NCBI GenBank assembly: GCA_965203515.1
Contig: OZ241907.1
Span: forward strand, 832,001-896,000
Direction of reading: 5' to 3'
Source: Spirochaetia bacterium
GTDB lineage: Bacteria > Spirochaetota > Spirochaetia > SZUA-6 > Bin103
DNA: 64,000 nucleotides
How positions within the stretch are numbered: the stretch's first letter is position 1; each line of letters begins with the position of its first letter. A program made the translations under genes and the position numbers. Positions 62,213 through 64,000 of the stretch are shown here, piece after piece. The notes beneath the pieces were generated by a model that saw only the letters and a program-made list of their open reading frames with translations, was not told where the DNA came from and made no database searches.

Positions 62213-63003
62213 CCGCCGCTCCCGCGCCGCCCCAGGGCGTCCACGGCCCGGTCCAGCAGCGTCAGTCGGCCGCCGTAGGTCTTCTGCAGGTTGTCGGCCG
62301 TGAAGGCGTCCCGCACCGGACCGTGGGCGACCACCCGCAGGTTGAGCATCAGCACCTCGTCGAAGTAGCGGTCGACGGTCTGCAGGTCGTGGTGCACCAC
62401 GAACACGCTCTTGCCCTGCTGCCGCAGGCGCTGCAGCAGGTCGACGATGGTGCGCTCGGTGGCGGCGTCGACCCCGGCGAACGGCTCGTCCATGAAGAAG
62501 ATGCGGGGGTTCTGGGCCAGCGCGCGGGCCAGGAACAGCCGCTGCTGCTGGCCCCCGGAGAGCTCGGATATCTGCCGGCCGGCGAAGTCCGCCATCCCCA
62601 CCGAGTCCATGGCGGCGAGGGCGGCCGCGCGCGCGGCGCGGCGGACCGGACGCAACCAGCCGACCGATCGGTACCGGCCCATCGTCACCAGGTCGAGCGC
62701 GCTGACCGGATAGTCCCAATCGACGCTCTCGCGCTGCGGCACGTAGGCGACCGCCGGCCGCTGTTGCCGGTACGGCTTGCCGTAGATGCTCACCGAGCCC
62801 GACACCTTCGGCACCAGGTCGAGCACGCCCTTGAGCAGCGTGCTCTTGCCGGCCCCGTTGGGGCCGACGATGCCGGTGATCGCCTGGTCGCGGGCGGTCA
62901 CGTCGACGTCCCACAGCACCGGCCGCCGCCGGTAGGCGATGGTGAGGCCGCGGACGATCAGCGGGCTGGCGGCGGGGGCGGCCCGGCCCGGCGGGCCGAT
63001 CAC
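62209..63003 (-). CDS. troB: Metal ABC transporter ATP-binding protein
   Basis: GPNGAGKST, YVPQR..VDWDYP, LSGGQQQR, MDEPF, VHHDL. Confidence 0.93.
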   Translation of the reverse strand: MIGPPGRAAPAASPLIVRGLTIAYRRRPVLWDVDVTARDQAITGIVGPNGAGKSTLLKGVLDLVPKVSGSVSIYGKPYRQQRPAVAYVPQRESVDWDYPVSALDLVTMGRYRSVGWLRPVRRAARAAALAAMDSVGMADFAGRQISELSGGQQQRLFLARALAQNPRIFFMDEPFAGVDAATERTIVDLLQRLRQQGKSVFVVHHDLQTVDRYFDEVLMLNLRVVAHGPVRDAFTADNLQKTYGGRLTLLDRAVDALGRRGSGG

Positions 63004-64000
63004 GGTGCCGGTGCCGGCGCCGGAGGCGCGGGGGGCAGAAGCCCCTGGAATCCCCGTTCCGGAACGTCACCGCCCAGTGCCCGCGCCACGGTGGTGACGT
63101 TGTGGTCGAGCATGCCGACGTAGGTCCCGTGGTACGTTCCCGGCTGTCCCATGGCGTCGGAGAAGAGCTCGCCGCCGATCACCACGCGGTGGCCGCGCGC
63201 CGCCGCTCCCTCGATCAGGGCGCGGACGTTGCGGTCGGCGATGGTGCTCTCCACGAAGACCGCGCCGACGCGGCGCGTGACCAGCAGGTCGACCAGCCGG
63301 TTGATGCGGTCGAGCCCCGCCTCCGACTCCGTGGAGATCCCCTGGATGCCGGCCACCTCCAGTCCGTACGCGCGGCCGAAGTAGTTGAACGCGTCGTGGG
63401 CGGTCACCAGCATGCGCTGCGGCGCCGGAATCGAGCCGAGCGCGCGGAGCGCGTACTCGTGCAGCGCCTCCAGGGTCGCGGTGTAGGCCGCCGCGCGCCG
63501 GCGATAGCCGTCCGCGCCGGCCGGGTCGAAGGCGGTCAGGGCCTCGGTCACCGCGTGCACGGCCTGCATCCAGCCCGACACGTCCATCCACAGGTGGGGG
63601 TCGAAGTGGCCGGCGAACTCCGCCGGCTGCAGCAGCAGCGACTCGTCGACCAGCTCGGTGACCGCGTGCACGGGCCGGCTGCCGGCTATCTTGATGAGCG
63701 TGTCGGTCATCTTCCCCTCCAGGAGGAGGCCGGAGTAGAAGACGACGTCGGCTTCCATCAGCGCCGCCACGTCGCTGCGGGTCGGCACGTAGAGGTGCGG
63801 ATCGACCCCCTCGCCGATGATCGCGTCGACGGAGGCGCGGTCGCCGGCGACCTGGCGGACGATGTCGGCGACCATGCCGGTGGTGGCGGTGATCCGGTAG
63901 GGGCTGCTCCGCGCGGCCGCCGCCCCGGCGTCGGCGATGGCCGCGCGCGCGCCGGCGCCGCCATCGCCCGGCTCGGCGCGGCTGCCGCAGGCCGCCAACG
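63000..64000 (-). CDS. troA: Metal ABC transporter substrate-binding lipoprotein; 5' end outside window
   Basis: LAACG, GVDPHLY, DPHLWMD, TAHDAFNYF, LFSDAMG. Confidence 0.92.
   Translation of the reverse strand, partial: LAACGSRAEPGDGGAGARAAIADAGAAAARSSPYRITATTGMVADIVRQVAGDRASVDAIIGEGVDPHLYVPTRSDVAALMEADVVFYSGLLLEGKMTDTLIKIAGSRPVHAVTELVDESLLLQPAEFAGHFDPHLWMDVSGWMQAVHAVTEALTAFDPAGADGYRRRAAAYTATLEALHEYALRALGSIPAPQRMLVTAHDAFNYFGRAYGLEVAGIQGISTESEAGLDRINRLVDLLVTRRVGAVFVESTIADRNVRALIEGAAARGHRVVIGGELFSDAMGQPGTYHGTYVGMLDHNVTTVARALGGDVPERGFQGLLPPAPPAPAPAP

Overview
High-GC bacterial chromosomal segment. Gene content (several PhyH dioxygenases and Gfo/Idh/MocA oxidoreductases, an FN3-tailed GH3, Uma2, Rpn and DUF4143 genes, troABCD) resembles high-GC host-associated, possibly sponge-symbiont Spirochaetota genomes; this taxonomy is inference only. 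Core content: branched-chain ABC parts, a glycogen locus (1628-aa GH13-GT5 fusion, glgX, glgP), a cp-ATP-grasp/transglutaminase/alpha-E trio, catabolic enzymes, glpK and troABCD. The best candidate new system is an integrase-free, lower-GC ~6.6-kb cassette (about 39.4-46.0 kb). It encodes a TerB-like protein, three dynamin-like (LeoA-type) GTPases, a small Ala-rich protein and an Rpn nuclease with an internal antitoxin-like start. It sits between a decayed glpK relic and the intact glpK. The pattern of cargo between an intact gene and a decayed copy recurs at phyH (31-33 kb) and troC (52-61 kb). Other signals: an orphan Rpn C-terminal ORF, a 6+6 repeat lipoprotein, operator-like repeats before both DUF4143 ATPases, palindromic repeats inside an HNH gene, deletion relics, and several 1-2 bp frameshifts that may be assembly errors. 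No rRNA, tRNA or CRISPR array was found. All family calls come from motif recognition by eye, not database searches.
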